Shown one piece after another: positions 29,834 to 41,254 of a DNA stretch of 64,000 bases. Under the pieces are notes generated by a model. That model was not told the DNA's origin and did not search any database. It saw only the letters and a program-made list of their open reading frames with translations. This DNA is from Candidatus Poribacteria bacterium (GTDB lineage: Bacteria; Poribacteria; WGA-4E; WGA-3G), in the NCBI GenBank assembly GCA_965214095.1, contig OZ243938.1, forward strand, positions 2,144,001 through 2,208,000, in the 5' to 3' direction. Made by a program: the position numbers and the translations under genes. The stretch's first letter is position 1. Every line of letters starts with the position of its first letter.

Positions 29834-32800
29834 CTACTTCACAATCAACATCTTACGCGTCGCAGAGAAATCGCCAGCGACGAATTTAATGAAATAGATG
29901 CCAGCAGAAACCTTCTCACCGACACCGTTTCTACCATCCCAATACGCCGCGCGACCCCGACTCTTGTAATAACCAACAGGCAATTGTCCAAGAGCAAGCT
30001 CACGCACAACGTCACCTTTCATATTGTAGATGATGAAAGAAACATCAGCAGATTGTGCCAACTGAAACGGAATCCACGTCTCTGGATTAAACGGATTCGG
30101 ATAATTGACCAATACCTGCGTTTCCAAGGGCTTATCCGATATACTCACGGCCGCAATCATGGGGACAGGTACATTCTCAGGTAGCACTTCAATAGGTTCA
30201 CGACTAACGAGATGACCATATCCGGTATGTCCTGGATGATAAACAATAACCTGTTCAATAAATGCGCTAACTGCATTTACATCTTCTGCACTACCCCTCT
30301 CTACAGACAATGTCTCGCTTTCAGTGCCACCGACAGGAATAGTTAGTGTATAGTCTCTAGTGCCTGTTACACCGTCTTGGACTGTTGCCCCGCCTGTGAC
30401 TACTACAAGTATGTTCATTGTGTAAGGTGCACCCGGTTTTAAAACCGCTTTAAACTTACCGTCTGACACTTTTTCAAGGACAGGATTAAGTCTTAAGAAT
30501 GTATCAGGATCACCATTGGATAAATGAAGATACTTCAATGCGGTAAGACCTACGAATAAACCATCTGGAATTGCGGTTAACTGGTTGCTACTCAGGTCAA
30601 GAGTTTCCAGTGATGTGAGTACATTAAATTCGGTACCAGACAAAGAAGTCAATGGATTATCCGACAATACAACTGAAGTCAACTGCGTTAGACTATCAAA
30701 AAAGCCAGAAGGAATTGAGGTTAACCCAATATCAGACAGGATAATTTCGGTGAGCGAGGTTAAATCATCAAACATACCCACTGTGAGCGTTAATGGGTTA
30801 CTTGACAGGTTGATTGATGTCAAAGACGTGATAGCAGACGCAGCATCAGGTATTCCAGACAAACCGTTATCAGCAAGGATTAGGGATGTCAGTGACGAGA
30901 GATCATCAAACAAATCTGATGGCAACGAACTGAAATCAAGTGAACTCATATCAAGCGTTGTCAACGCTGTCAAGTTCTCAAATATATCTGATGCCAGCGA
31001 TGTTATAGGGTTATCTGATATATTTAGATATGTCAACGCTGTGAGTGCATCAAATATATCTGAATGCAATGATGTCAATTCATTTTCGCTCAAATCAAGC
31101 GAGGTTAATATTGTCAACGAATTAAAAATATCCGAGGGTAATGACTCCAGTTCGTTTTCACTCAGATCAAGCTTTTCCAGCACTATCATACTATCAAAAA
31201 CACTTGAGTTTAATGACTGAAGATCGTTGCCATGCAAATCAAGACAGGTCAGTGAACCCAATATATTGAATACCGTTGCCGGCAACGTTCTCAACTTGTT
31301 ATTTGAGAGGTTCAGATTAGTAAGTCTTGGTAGACTGTTAAAGATAGCAACCGGCAATGACTCTATCTGATTCCCATCCCAAATGTTTTCCGCTGACAAA
31401 TCAAGGGTTGTGAGAGATGACAAATCAGCAAAAATACCAGCTGGAAGAGATGTCAACAGATTGTCCTGTAGGTATAACGTTTCCAAAGCAGTTAAACCAT
31501 TAAAATCAATCATTTTCAGATTCGTAATCTCTTTTGATTGCACATCAAGTGTGGTGATACTTTCAAGGTGCGTGGCAGTTATTTGATCCGCTCTGGTTAC
31601 ATTCGGGTCTCCAATCGCAGCAATAATAGCATCAATCACCGCTTGTGTTCGGTCGCCAATTTCGACCGTCTCTGGTTCTACATCAGTGACATTGATTGTC
31701 ACTGGGATGCTTACACTTGGATTCGTGTTGTCAGTCACCGATACAGTTACCGAATAACTTGATTTTACTTCAAAGTTGAGGCTATCCTTTGTCTTTAGCT
31801 GCCCGGTTGAGTCGTCAATATCAAAGGAGTTCATATCAGTGCCACTGAGCGTATACGTCAAGTTATTGTTTTCAGGATCAGTCGCAGAGACAGGAGAACC
31901 GATGTTGATATCTGAGGCACTATTTTCCGCAATACTTCGCGTCGCTGTATTGCCAAGCTCATCAAAGACAGGGGGTTCATTGACATCAGTCACGGTTATC
32001 GTAACAGCAATGGTATCAACGCCACCCCTATTATCACGAACGGTGATGGTAACTGAATAAGATGCCTTATCTTCACGGTCAAGTGCTGACTTCGTCTTTA
32101 ACTGACCTGTTCCGTCATCAATATCAAACGATGCATCGTCTGTCCCACCAAGACTGTATGTGAGGGTATCCCCGTCTTGGTCTGTTGCGGATACTTGGTT
32201 TCCGATATTCTGATTAGCCGCGGTATTTTCAGCAACGGAACGTGTTATGCTTGCCCCTTCTGTAAATACTGGCGCATCATTTTGATTGCTGATATTGATG
32301 GTAACATCAATAGAATCACTGCCGCCTCTGTTGTCTGTGACAGAAACAGAAACAGAATAGGTCGCTTTCGTTTCAAAATCCAGAGCATCCTTTGTTTTGA
32401 TCTGTCCAGAACTATCATCGATATCAAACGATGCATCATCTGTCCCACCGAGACTGTATGTGAGGCTTGTGTCATCCTGATCAGTCGCGGCGACTGGCGT
32501 GCCGATATTTTGATCAGCCGCGGTATTTTCAGCAACGGAACGGGTTGTGCTTGTGCCATCGCTAAATATTGGAGCATCATTCACATTGCTGAGATTGATG
32601 GTAACATCAATTGAATCGCTACCCCCATTATTATCGGTGACAGATACGGTAACGGAATATCTCGGTTTCGTTTCAAAATCCAGCGGTGTTTTTGTTTTGA
32701 TCTGTCCAGAGGTATCGTCAATATCAAACGATGCAGCATCTGTGCCGGTAAGACTGTAGTCCAATGTATCGTCATCCGCATCCTCAGCGGCGACTGGCGT

Positions 32801-35800
32801 GCCTACATCGGTATCTGCTGGACTGTTTTCAGCTACGCTGCGGGTTGTCGTCGCGCCATCCGTAAATGTAGGCGCATTATTTCCAACAATTACCTCTGTG
32901 ACTTCAATGGTGACAGCAATGCTATCACTACCGCCTCTGTTATCTGTAACAGACACAGTAACAGAATGGGTCGGTTTATTACTAAAATCAAGTGCGGATT
33001 TCGTTTTCAATTGCCCCGTGCCTGTGTCAATGTCAAACGAAGCAGCATCTGTGCCAGCAAGACCATAAGTCAGGTTACTGTCATCCTGGTCAGTCGCAGC
33101 AACTGGCGTGCCGATATTTTGATCAGCCGCGGTATTTTCAGCAACGGAACGGGTTGTGCTTGTCCCATCGCTAAATATTGGAGCATCATTCACATTGCTG
33201 ATATTGATGGTAACATCAATTGAATCGTCACCCCCATTGTTATCGGTGACAGATACGGTTACCGAGTATCTCGGTTTTGTTTCAAAATCCAGCGGAACTT
33301 TTGTTTTGATCTGTCCAGAACTATCATCAATATCAAACGATGCAGCATCTGTGCCGTTCAGACTATAAGTCAAAGTATCGTCATCCGCATCCTCAGCGGC
33401 AACTGGCGTGCCTACATCGGTATCTGCTGGACTGTTTTCAGCAACGATTCGGATTGCTGTCGCACCATCCGTAAATGTCGGTGCATTGTTTCCAACAATT
33501 ACCTCAGTGACTTCAATGGTCACAACAATGCTATCACTACCGCCTCTGTTGTCTGTGACAGATACAGTGACAGAGTGTATCGCTTTATTGTCAAAATCAA
33601 GTGCGGATTTCGTTTTCAATTGACCCGTGCCAGTGTCAATGTCAAACGATGCAGCATCCGTGCCACGAAGACTGTATGTGAGGTTTGCGTCATCTTGGTC
33701 AGTCGCAGTAACCGGACTACCGATATTGGTATTTGCTACGGCATTTTCTGGAACGGAACGGGTCGTGCTTATCCCTTCTGTGAATATCGGTGCATCGTTC
33801 ACATTAGAGACGGTTATCGTAACAGCAAGGGTGACAATACCACCGTTGTTATCATCAGCAGACACCACAACCGAATACGATGCTTTCATCTCATGATCAA
33901 GCGCATCCTTCGTTTTCAATTGACCGTTGTTTGGGTCGATGTCAAAGGATAACGCATCCACCCCACTGAGACGATAAGTCAGATTATGCCTGTCTTCATC
34001 CGTTGCAGAGACTGGCGTGCCGATATTGAGATTTGCGTTCGTATTTTCAGCGATGGTGCGCGAAACCGAACCCGATTCTGAAAACACCGGCACATCATTC
34101 TCATTCGTAATGCGTATTTCAACATCAATAGAAGTTGTTCCACCTCTATTATCAGTCGCCGTGATGATGACAGCATATAACGGCTTCGTTTCAAAGTTTA
34201 AGGCATCCTTCGTTCGCAATTGACCGCTTGTGCTATCTATATTAAAGTGCGTTTGATCTGTGCCACCGAGCAGATACGTCAGACTACTATCGTCATCATC
34301 CGTTGCTGCGACCGGTTCACCGATGTTAATTCCTGGTCCCGCATGCTCACGGATGGTGCGGGTTGTGTCCGTGCCATCAGCAAAAGCAGGCGAATCATTG
34401 TCATTCGTCACGTTGATTGTCACGGTGATCCTATCACTCTGATTATTGTCGCTCACGGTTACTATGACAACATATTGCGAATCATCTTCAAAGTCAAGTG
34501 GCGCAAGCGTTTTCAGTTGTCCCGAGTTCGCATCAATGCTGAATGAAGCCGCATCGGTGCCACTTAATACATACCGTAACTGATCACTATCGTCATCCGT
34601 CGCATAGATAGGATTGCCGATGTTTGTATTGGGTGCTGAGTTTTCTGCGATGGTACGGATTGTGCTGGTGCCCTCCGTAAATTCAGGGGCATTGTTAGAA
34701 GGCGTTTCATTGACATTGATTACGGATATCGTCACCGTGGTAGTGTCAGTTCCCTGCTTACTATCGTCCACGGTTATAGTTACCGAATAACGTGGTTTTG
34801 TTTCAAAATCCAAAGCTGAAAATGTGCGTAATTGACCAGTATCTGAATCAATACGAAATGCACTGCCGTCCGTCCCACTAAGGCTATAGATCAAAGTATC
34901 ATTGTCAAGATCCGTAGCAGAAACAGGACTACCGATAGCAACACCCGCGAGGGTATTTTCAGGGATTGAACGTGTTGTACTACTGCCTTCTGTGAACACT
35001 GGCGCGTTGTTCGTATATCTGAGTGTAATAACAACCGTAGTAGACGTGCTACTGCCGCTGCTATCGGTTACAATCACCGTAAACGTATAAGTGGTTTTCG
35101 AGGTGAAGTCAACAGATTCATTTGTGCTAATCTGTCCAGTGGATTCATCAATATCAAAGTATGATGCATCATCGCCACCAAGACTATAGGTCAATGAGTC
35201 GTTATCTTCATCGTTAGCAGACACTGCTGAACCGATGTCAACATTGGCAGAGATCACATTATCTGTAACCTCAATCCGAATGCTGCCACCTTCTGAAAAC
35301 TCAGGTGCATCGTTCTCATCTGTAACATAGATAGTGACATTGATTGTCGCAGTTAGTTTATTGTCGGATACGGAAACAATGACGTTATACGTATTCCTAT
35401 CTTCATAGTTCAACGTTGCCCTTGTTCTCAATTGACCGCTCGTTCTATCAATGTCAAATAGGGACGCATCTGTGCTACTCAGGCTATAGATGAGGGTGTC
35501 GTTATTGACATCTGTTGCGGACACAGGCGTGCCGATATTCGAGCCAACAGAAGCGTTTTCCGACACAGACCGAGACGTAGCCGTTCCATCCCTGAATACG
35601 GGTGCACTATTGATAGGACCTTCCACGATGTCAGTAATAAGGATTGTCACTGTTATTCTATCCACACCCAAATTGCCATCAGAGACAGAAATGGTTACGG
35701 AATAGTTGGATTTACCCTCATAGTCAAGCGGTGCTTGTGTTCGCAACTGTCCCGATGAACTATCAATGCTAAACGATGCGGCATCCTGTCCACTGAGGCT

Positions 35801-38800
35801 ATATGTCAATGTATCGTTATCGGTATCTCTCGCAGACACGGGGTTACCGATATTGACACCCGAGCCAGTGTTTTCAGCAATGGAACGGGTTGATGCAGCA
35901 CCTTCAACAAAGACAGGGGCGCGGTTTTCATTCACATCTCGGATATATATCGTGATCGCGATTGAATCGCTCCCACCATTCCCATCCGACACAGTAACAG
36001 TCACAGAATGGGTGGTTTTGCGTTCATAATCCAAAGATGCCTTGGTATAGATTTGCCCCGTTGTGCTATCAATACTAAATAGCGATGCATCCACACCGCT
36101 GAGTTTATAGGTCAATGTATCATTATCAGCATCGGTTGCGAAAATTGGATTACCAATCTTCACGCCCGATGCTGTGCTCTCCTGTATCGTTCGGGTGGCG
36201 CGTACACCTTCTGTCAATACAGGGGAACGATTTGGCGGGGACTCAAACACATTACGGACAATGATAGCAACTAAAATAGATGCTTCTCCACTATGACTAT
36301 CGGACACAGAGATCGTCACAAGATATGTGGATTTTTCTTCAAAGTCAAGCGGTGCTAATGTGCTGAGTTGCCCCGTTGCACTATCTATAAGAAACGACTC
36401 GACATCTGTGCCACCGAGCGTGTATGTCAATGTGTCGCCATCCGCATCTGTCGCAGACACAGGTTCTCCGATCTTAACACCGAAGGCAGTATTTTCTAAT
36501 ACCGTGCGGGCAGTGCTATCTCCTTCAGTGAACACAGGGGCATCGTTCGTGGCAACCTCATCTACATCAAGAATAAACACTTGAACAGTTATATTTTGAT
36601 TCGGATTCATACCGTCAGAGACGGATATGATGACTGAGTAGCTTGATTTGCTTTCATAATTTAACGGTGCGAGTGTTAGCAATTGCCCCGTTTCCGTATC
36701 AATGTTGAAAGCAGCAGCATCCTCGCCACTGAGCGTATAGGTCAAGGTGTCACCATCGGAATCCGTTGCAGATATCGGTATTCCAATATTTTCGCCTGCA
36801 TCCGTATTTTCAGACGCATAACGGAATGCTGTTCTCCCATCGCTAAATATAGGGGGTTTGTTGTCAAATACGTCTGTGATTGTAATCGTGACACGGATGC
36901 TATCTCTGGCGTTATATATATCCATCACAGAAACGAGAACTGAATACGATCTTTTGCGTTCAAAATCAAGCGGTGCGCGTGTTCGCAACTGTCCCGTTGT
37001 GGTTTCTATGTCAAATATCTCAGCATCTTCACCAGTGAGACGATAGGTGAGGGTATCCTCTTCCGCATCTGTCGCGGTGATAGGGCTGCCGATAGCACTC
37101 CCAGCAGCGGTATTTTCAGCAACAGAACGAGTCGTGTTCATACCCTCGGTAAATATAGGTGCAGTATTGAAACGCGGGATAATTTCTAATTGATAGTCGC
37201 TACCTTTTACAAGCACATACCCTCTATGTAATAGGGGTATAGTCGGCATCTCGCCTAATTCTACAGAAACAGGCTCCTTTGTGCCGGCATCGCGAGTTAC
37301 AGAGAACGGTCTACTTTCAACACTCCCCATCGGCAGTGCGATAGAAGTGATGCCGTCCTCAATTGTGCCATTCTCTATGCTAATCGGCACCTCAATGTCA
37401 AACGGGGCACCCGCAGGGATAATCACGTTGAATGTGCCATCCGCTAGTTTCTCTAATGAGACTGTGAGCGATAGCGGATCTACGCTGTTACCACTCAAAT
37501 CAAGCTCCTTCAGAGAGACCAGCCTGTAGAAAAGACCTTCAGGAAGTTCCTTAATCTCATTGTCTTTTAACGAAAGCGTGGAAAGTGAAAGCATCCCTCT
37601 GAAATCATAGCCTGTGAGTGAAGGAATATCCATATTACTCAGGTCAAGTGCCGTTATCTTCGCAAGGTCAATGTCTGTTATGTTATAGCAATCGGTAACA
37701 TGCGGAACCATCATATTGATCGCATCTGCGACCTGTTTTGTGCGATTACAAACGGTTGATTTCGCGATGACATACCCGAAGTGACCTACAGGTATTCTCG
37801 GCAAAACACCGAAAGTCACATCAATTTCAGCGGATGACTCCGCAACAAAGATGGAACTTATCAAACTCCCTTTCGGTATAGTTACCATAAGCCTTGAAGT
37901 CGTTACCAAACCGTGTTTTATTTCAATCGGGACAACTATATCAAAAGGTGCCCCCGTAGGCACGAAGGCTCGATATTTGCCTTTACTCTCCTTTAGCATT
38001 GAGACAACCAGCGGGAACGGTTCAAGCGTGTTTCTTCCAAGTCGTAACTTTTTCAGGGACGTTAACCCTTCAAAGATGCCGAAAGGAAGTGAAGTCAGTT
38101 GATTGTCGTGCAGATTGATACTTTCTAAACCTGTCAAGCCGGAGAAATCTCCGATCTTGAGTGCTGTCAGCCCGCTTTCTCGTAGGACGAGTTCAGTGAT
38201 CGTTGCTAAATCCGCATCGGTTACTTCCTCCGCAGAATCGACATCCGGGAGTGCGTCAACAATCGCATCACGCACGGCAGGTGTCCGTTCACTTACAGGA
38301 ACTATCATCGGCACATAACCGATGTCATCCGTATTGATTAGAGCAATCAGCACACTGATACTATCAGAAACAGCACCATCCGTTACGAACACTTTCAGAA
38401 AACATACAGACTTCTTTTCATAATCCAGTGCGGATTTCGTCTTTATTTGTCCTGTTTCAGAATTGAGAGTAAATAGGTGTGCATCCGCGCCGTCTAAGGT
38501 ATAGGTCAAACTATCCTCGTCCATATCCGTCGCGGAGACAGCAGGACCGACATTAACACCGGAGGGTGTATTCTCTGGAATCCTACGAATAGCAAACGCA
38601 CCTTCAGGAAACACGGGTGCCCTATTTGTAACCACATCAATAATGACGATTATAGTATCTGTCAGACTACCATCTGAAACTGTAAGATTGAGATAATAGG
38701 TAGATTTGGTTTTGTAGTCTACAGCGGGTTTTGCTTTCAATTGTCCCGTTGCGGTGTCAATATCAAAAAATGCAGCATCTGCACCGTCTATGCTAAACGT

Positions 38801-39982
38801 CAAAGTATCTTTATTCGCATCCGTTGCGGAGACAGGTTCACCGATGGCAGTGCCTGCTATGATGTTATCTGATATTGACCGCCTGGCAATTTCCCCTGAG
38901 AATACGGGTGCTTTGTTTTCTGGCACTTCAATGACAACAACGATTTCGTCTGTTAACTTACCATCAGATACTTTCAGCGTTAGATAATAGGATGACTTGA
39001 CGGTGTAGTCTGTTGATGCTTTCGCTTTCAACTGTCCGTTTGTTGTATCAACATCAAATAGGGCAGCATCCTGTCCACTCAAACTATAGGTGAGTGTATC
39101 ATTTTCAGGATCTGTCGCAGATATAGGTTCCCCGATATTTTCACCCGCCGCTATATTCCGTTTCAAAGAACGCATGGCGATGATACCTTCGCTGAACTCT
39201 GGTGAGGTATTCGGTTCAACTTTCAACACGAGCGGGAGGAGGTCAGACTTGCGGAGATAATACCCAAGATGGATTGCTGGTAACCTTGATAAGGTACTGA
39301 TGTCTACAGATATTTGCTGCGTGGTGCCGGGTGTGCGAGTTACCGTGATGGTTTCGCTGTATAATTTACCGATGGGTATTTTCAGGTTGAACGTATCTCT
39401 CGGCACAGTGCCGCCAGTGATTGTCACGGACACTGTGATATTGAAAGGCGCGCCGGTGGGCATTTCCGCTCTAAATTGGTCGTTTTCAACCGATTTTAGC
39501 GAAACAGCAATCGGAAAAGGACGCAGCAGATTCTGGCTTAATCGCAATGTTTGTAAGGATGTCAAGCCTTCAAATATCTTCGCGGGTAAACGTCTCAATT
39601 TATTGTTAGATAGATTGAGATTTTTCAGTCCTGTTAACCCTGAGAAATCTCCCGTTTTCAATGTAGAGATGTTCTTTGATGCGAGTGTCAGTTCTTGAAT
39701 TTTAGTGAGATGTGTTTCATTTATATCTTCCGCGGCACTCACATCCGGCACGGCTGCAACGATGGCATCTCGTACCTGTTGTGTGCGGTCACTTACCGGT
39801 GTAATGTCAGCATATCCTATATGATTTATGGACAGACCTATCAGCAGGAGTGCCAGAAAGGATATGGTGCTTATTCTATTCAGACTGAGGTTTCGTTGAT
39901 TTGGGTTGTTTGGGTTTACAGAATTGGTTTCTTTTAATTTTTGTTTTTCTTTATTTATATTAATTGTTTTCTGTAAATTCAA
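29834..39982 (-). CDS. Giant secreted cadherin-repeat/LRR adhesin-like protein (3382 aa) with FlgD-Ig/T9SS-like CTD
   Basis: AGGAG RBS with TTG start; signal peptide; about 21 cadherin-like repeats; four LRR blocks; NYPNPFNPETWIPF...RKMLIVK. Confidence 0.93.
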   Translation of the reverse strand: MNLQKTININKEKQKLKETNSVNPNNPNQRNLSLNRISTISFLALLLIGLSINHIGYADITPVSDRTQQVRDAIVAAVPDVSAAEDINETHLTKIQELTLASKNISTLKTGDFSGLTGLKNLNLSNNKLRRLPAKIFEGLTSLQTLRLSQNLLRPFPIAVSLKSVENDQFRAEMPTGAPFNITVSVTITGGTVPRDTFNLKIPIGKLYSETITVTRTPGTTQQISVDISTLSRLPAIHLGYYLRKSDLLPLVLKVEPNTSPEFSEGIIAMRSLKRNIAAGENIGEPISATDPENDTLTYSLSGQDAALFDVDTTNGQLKAKASTDYTVKSSYYLTLKVSDGKLTDEIVVVIEVPENKAPVFSGEIARRSISDNIIAGTAIGEPVSATDANKDTLTFSIDGADAAFFDIDTATGQLKAKPAVDYKTKSTYYLNLTVSDGSLTDTIIVIIDVVTNRAPVFPEGAFAIRRIPENTPSGVNVGPAVSATDMDEDSLTYTLDGADAHLFTLNSETGQIKTKSALDYEKKSVCFLKVFVTDGAVSDSISVLIALINTDDIGYVPMIVPVSERTPAVRDAIVDALPDVDSAEEVTDADLATITELVLRESGLTALKIGDFSGLTGLESINLHDNQLTSLPFGIFEGLTSLKKLRLGRNTLEPFPLVVSMLKESKGKYRAFVPTGAPFDIVVPIEIKHGLVTTSRLMVTIPKGSLISSIFVAESSAEIDVTFGVLPRIPVGHFGYVIAKSTVCNRTKQVADAINMMVPHVTDCYNITDIDLAKITALDLSNMDIPSLTGYDFRGMLSLSTLSLKDNEIKELPEGLFYRLVSLKELDLSGNSVDPLSLTVSLEKLADGTFNVIIPAGAPFDIEVPISIENGTIEDGITSIALPMGSVESRPFSVTRDAGTKEPVSVELGEMPTIPLLHRGYVLVKGSDYQLEIIPRFNTAPIFTEGMNTTRSVAENTAAGSAIGSPITATDAEEDTLTYRLTGEDAEIFDIETTTGQLRTRAPLDFERKRSYSVLVSVMDIYNARDSIRVTITITDVFDNKPPIFSDGRTAFRYASENTDAGENIGIPISATDSDGDTLTYTLSGEDAAAFNIDTETGQLLTLAPLNYESKSSYSVIISVSDGMNPNQNITVQVFILDVDEVATNDAPVFTEGDSTARTVLENTAFGVKIGEPVSATDADGDTLTYTLGGTDVESFLIDSATGQLSTLAPLDFEEKSTYLVTISVSDSHSGEASILVAIIVRNVFESPPNRSPVLTEGVRATRTIQESTASGVKIGNPIFATDADNDTLTYKLSGVDASLFSIDSTTGQIYTKASLDYERKTTHSVTVTVSDGNGGSDSIAITIYIRDVNENRAPVFVEGAASTRSIAENTGSGVNIGNPVSARDTDNDTLTYSLSGQDAASFSIDSSSGQLRTQAPLDYEGKSNYSVTISVSDGNLGVDRITVTILITDIVEGPINSAPVFRDGTATSRSVSENASVGSNIGTPVSATDVNNDTLIYSLSSTDASLFDIDRTSGQLRTRATLNYEDRNTYNVIVSVSDNKLTATINVTIYVTDENDAPEFSEGGSIRIEVTDNVISANVDIGSAVSANDEDNDSLTYSLGGDDASYFDIDESTGQISTNESVDFTSKTTYTFTVIVTDSSGSSTSTTVVITLRYTNNAPVFTEGSSTTRSIPENTLAGVAIGSPVSATDLDNDTLIYSLSGTDGSAFRIDSDTGQLRTFSALDFETKPRYSVTITVDDSKQGTDTTTVTISVINVNETPSNNAPEFTEGTSTIRTIAENSAPNTNIGNPIYATDDDSDQLRYVLSGTDAASFSIDANSGQLKTLAPLDFEDDSQYVVIVTVSDNNQSDRITVTINVTNDNDSPAFADGTDTTRTIREHAGPGINIGEPVAATDDDDSSLTYLLGGTDQTHFNIDSTSGQLRTKDALNFETKPLYAVIITATDNRGGTTSIDVEIRITNENDVPVFSESGSVSRTIAENTNANLNIGTPVSATDEDRHNLTYRLSGVDALSFDIDPNNGQLKTKDALDHEMKASYSVVVSADDNNGGIVTLAVTITVSNVNDAPIFTEGISTTRSVPENAVANTNIGSPVTATDQDDANLTYSLRGTDAASFDIDTGTGQLKTKSALDFDNKAIHSVTVSVTDNRGGSDSIVVTIEVTEVIVGNNAPTFTDGATAIRIVAENSPADTDVGTPVAAEDADDDTLTYSLNGTDAASFDIDDSSGQIKTKVPLDFETKPRYSVTVSVTDNNGGDDSIDVTINISNVNDAPIFSDGTSTTRSVAENTAADQNIGTPVAATDQDDSNLTYGLAGTDAASFDIDTGTGQLKTKSALDFSNKPTHSVTVSVTDNRGGSDSIAVTIEVTEVIVGNNAPTFTDGATTTRSVAENSPADTDVGTPVAAEDADDDTLDYSLTGTDAASFDIDDTSGQIKTKTPLDFETKPRYSVTVSVTDNNGGSDSIDVTINLSNVNDAPIFSDGTSTTRSVAENTAADQNIGTPVAATDQDDTSLTYSLGGTDDASFDIDDSSGQIKTKDALDFETKATYSVSVSVTDNRGGSDSIDVTINISNQNDAPVFTEGASITRSVAENTAANQNIGNQVSATDQDGDTLTYSLGGTDDASFDIDDGTGQLKTKSALDREDKASYSVTITVRDNRGGVDTIAVTITVTDVNEPPVFDELGNTATRSIAENSASDINIGSPVSATDPENNNLTYTLSGTDMNSFDIDDSTGQLKTKDSLNFEVKSSYSVTVSVTDNTNPSVSIPVTINVTDVEPETVEIGDRTQAVIDAIIAAIGDPNVTRADQITATHLESITTLDVQSKEITNLKMIDFNGLTALETLYLQDNLLTSLPAGIFADLSSLTTLDLSAENIWDGNQIESLPVAIFNSLPRLTNLNLSNNKLRTLPATVFNILGSLTCLDLHGNDLQSLNSSVFDSMIVLEKLDLSENELESLPSDIFNSLTILTSLDLSENELTSLHSDIFDALTALTYLNISDNPITSLASDIFENLTALTTLDMSSLDFSSLPSDLFDDLSSLTSLILADNGLSGIPDAASAITSLTSINLSSNPLTLTVGMFDDLTSLTEIILSDIGLTSIPSGFFDSLTQLTSVVLSDNPLTSLSGTEFNVLTSLETLDLSSNQLTAIPDGLFVGLTALKYLHLSNGDPDTFLRLNPVLEKVSDGKFKAVLKPGAPYTMNILVVVTGGATVQDGVTGTRDYTLTIPVGGTESETLSVERGSAEDVNAVSAFIEQVIVYHPGHTGYGHLVSREPIEVLPENVPVPMIAAVSISDKPLETQVLVNYPNPFNPETWIPFQLAQSADVSFIIYNMKGDVVRELALGQLPVGYYKSRGRAAYWDGRNGVGEKVSAGIYFIKFVAGDFSATRKMLIVK

Positions 39983-40219
39983 TCATTTCTCCTTTATTAT
40001 GTTAGCCATAATGAGTCACAATTTATTTTTCATTACATTAAACATATTTGTCCCTCCTGATATTATTATATATTAGTATATCATTTATTGTCAAACATTT
40101 TTTATTATTGTTTGGTGTAGAATTTCGGATGTGTGCGGAGCATGTCCGAGGCGTGGCACGGAGACACTGCGCAACGATGTGTGGACTGTTTATCCCTAAA
40201 TTGATGTTTGTGGTAAAAT

Positions 40220-40421
40220 CGGAAAGTCCTGAAAATCCTGGTTCAGACAAAATCCCTGAAAATCCGAGATTCATATACAACCCTTGCATTCAATAAAGTA
40301 GAGTTCAAGATTATCTCCATCACAACACAGAAACAGAAAAATTGTATATCTACATGAAGATTAAGAAATAAATCAGGTAATTTCCTTGAGAAGTCCAGTG
40401 CGGTTAGGAAACCGCACCTAC
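40220..40421. repeat. Family C end and family A REP
   Basis: CCTGAAAATCCTGGTTCAGACAA at ~40228; GTGCGGTTAGGAAACCGCACCTAC at 40398. Confidence 0.7.
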
Positions 40422-40659
40422 CGGGTTTGGGTAAATGAGAATTACCCGTTTAATAAATTAATCTTCATCAAGATATACCCAAAGCAGAAAATACATAAGC
40501 CAAACAAATTGTCCCCCGTGTCCCCTTATCTCTCGGCTCAGAGAACCTTGACCTTGCAAAAGAAACATTCTTACAACGCGGATTTGCTTATATCCGACAA
40601 GAGGACGATATTCACCGATGGACACAATCTGAATAAGCGGATCGTCCAGGTTGAATTGG

Positions 40660-41114
40660 AACGATTGACGGATAGACGGATCGTTTTGATAGCAGGCGCG
40701 CCACTTCCCAACATCACAAACAGACAGGAAACTGCCATCTTCGACTGGGAAGATTTTGAGATCGCAGGCGGATTAGATAAACTCCTTGAAATCATCGCAA
40801 TACGCGAACGTTTTGAACAGGAACGCGAAAACCTAACAGCAGACTCCAGCAGAGAGGAAGTGCAACGCGTATTGGAGTGTTCTCAAAGACAAGCAAACCG
40901 CGTCTTGCAAAGACTTAGAGGTGGGAATATCCCACGTAAAACCTTCAAAGAGCAAATCCTTTCTCTCCTCACGGATGGCGAGAAAAAAACAGCCGAAATC
41001 ACCGCTGCCATTGACGGACATCCAGAAGCGATACAACACGAACTCACCCGCCTTGTAGAGGCAGATGAAATTGTCAGAATCCGCCGCGGTGTATATGCAT
41101 TACCAAAACAATAG
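40660..41114 (+). pseudogene. C-terminal fragment of a DNA-binding protein with tandem HTH/winged-helix
   Basis: REEVQRVLECSQRQANRVLQRL HTH and QILSLLTDGEKKTAEI..HELTRLVEADEIVRIRRGVYAL wHTH. The upstream part of the ORF is translated REP sequence; the 5' boundary is approximate. Confidence 0.55.
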
Positions 41115-41254
41115 CGTAATACAACGCTATTTAATGTTGAAGCCACCCATGCAAAATATTATCCACTGTAGGTCCGGTTTCCTAACCTCATCCACAGTGG
41201 ATAGAAAAGCGGGACACGGATGCCCCGCATTACAATGATTGACGGTATTTGCAC

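Noticed and set aside
30585-39937. Many + strand ORFs opposite the 3382-aa gene (and similar shadows opposite 10-9748)
   Set aside because: These are antisense shadows of repetitive LRR/cadherin codons that repeat with the same periodicity.
40386-40660. N-terminal part of the 242-aa ORF
   Set aside because: It begins in translated REP sequence (PVRLGNRTY) and looks like chance read-through.
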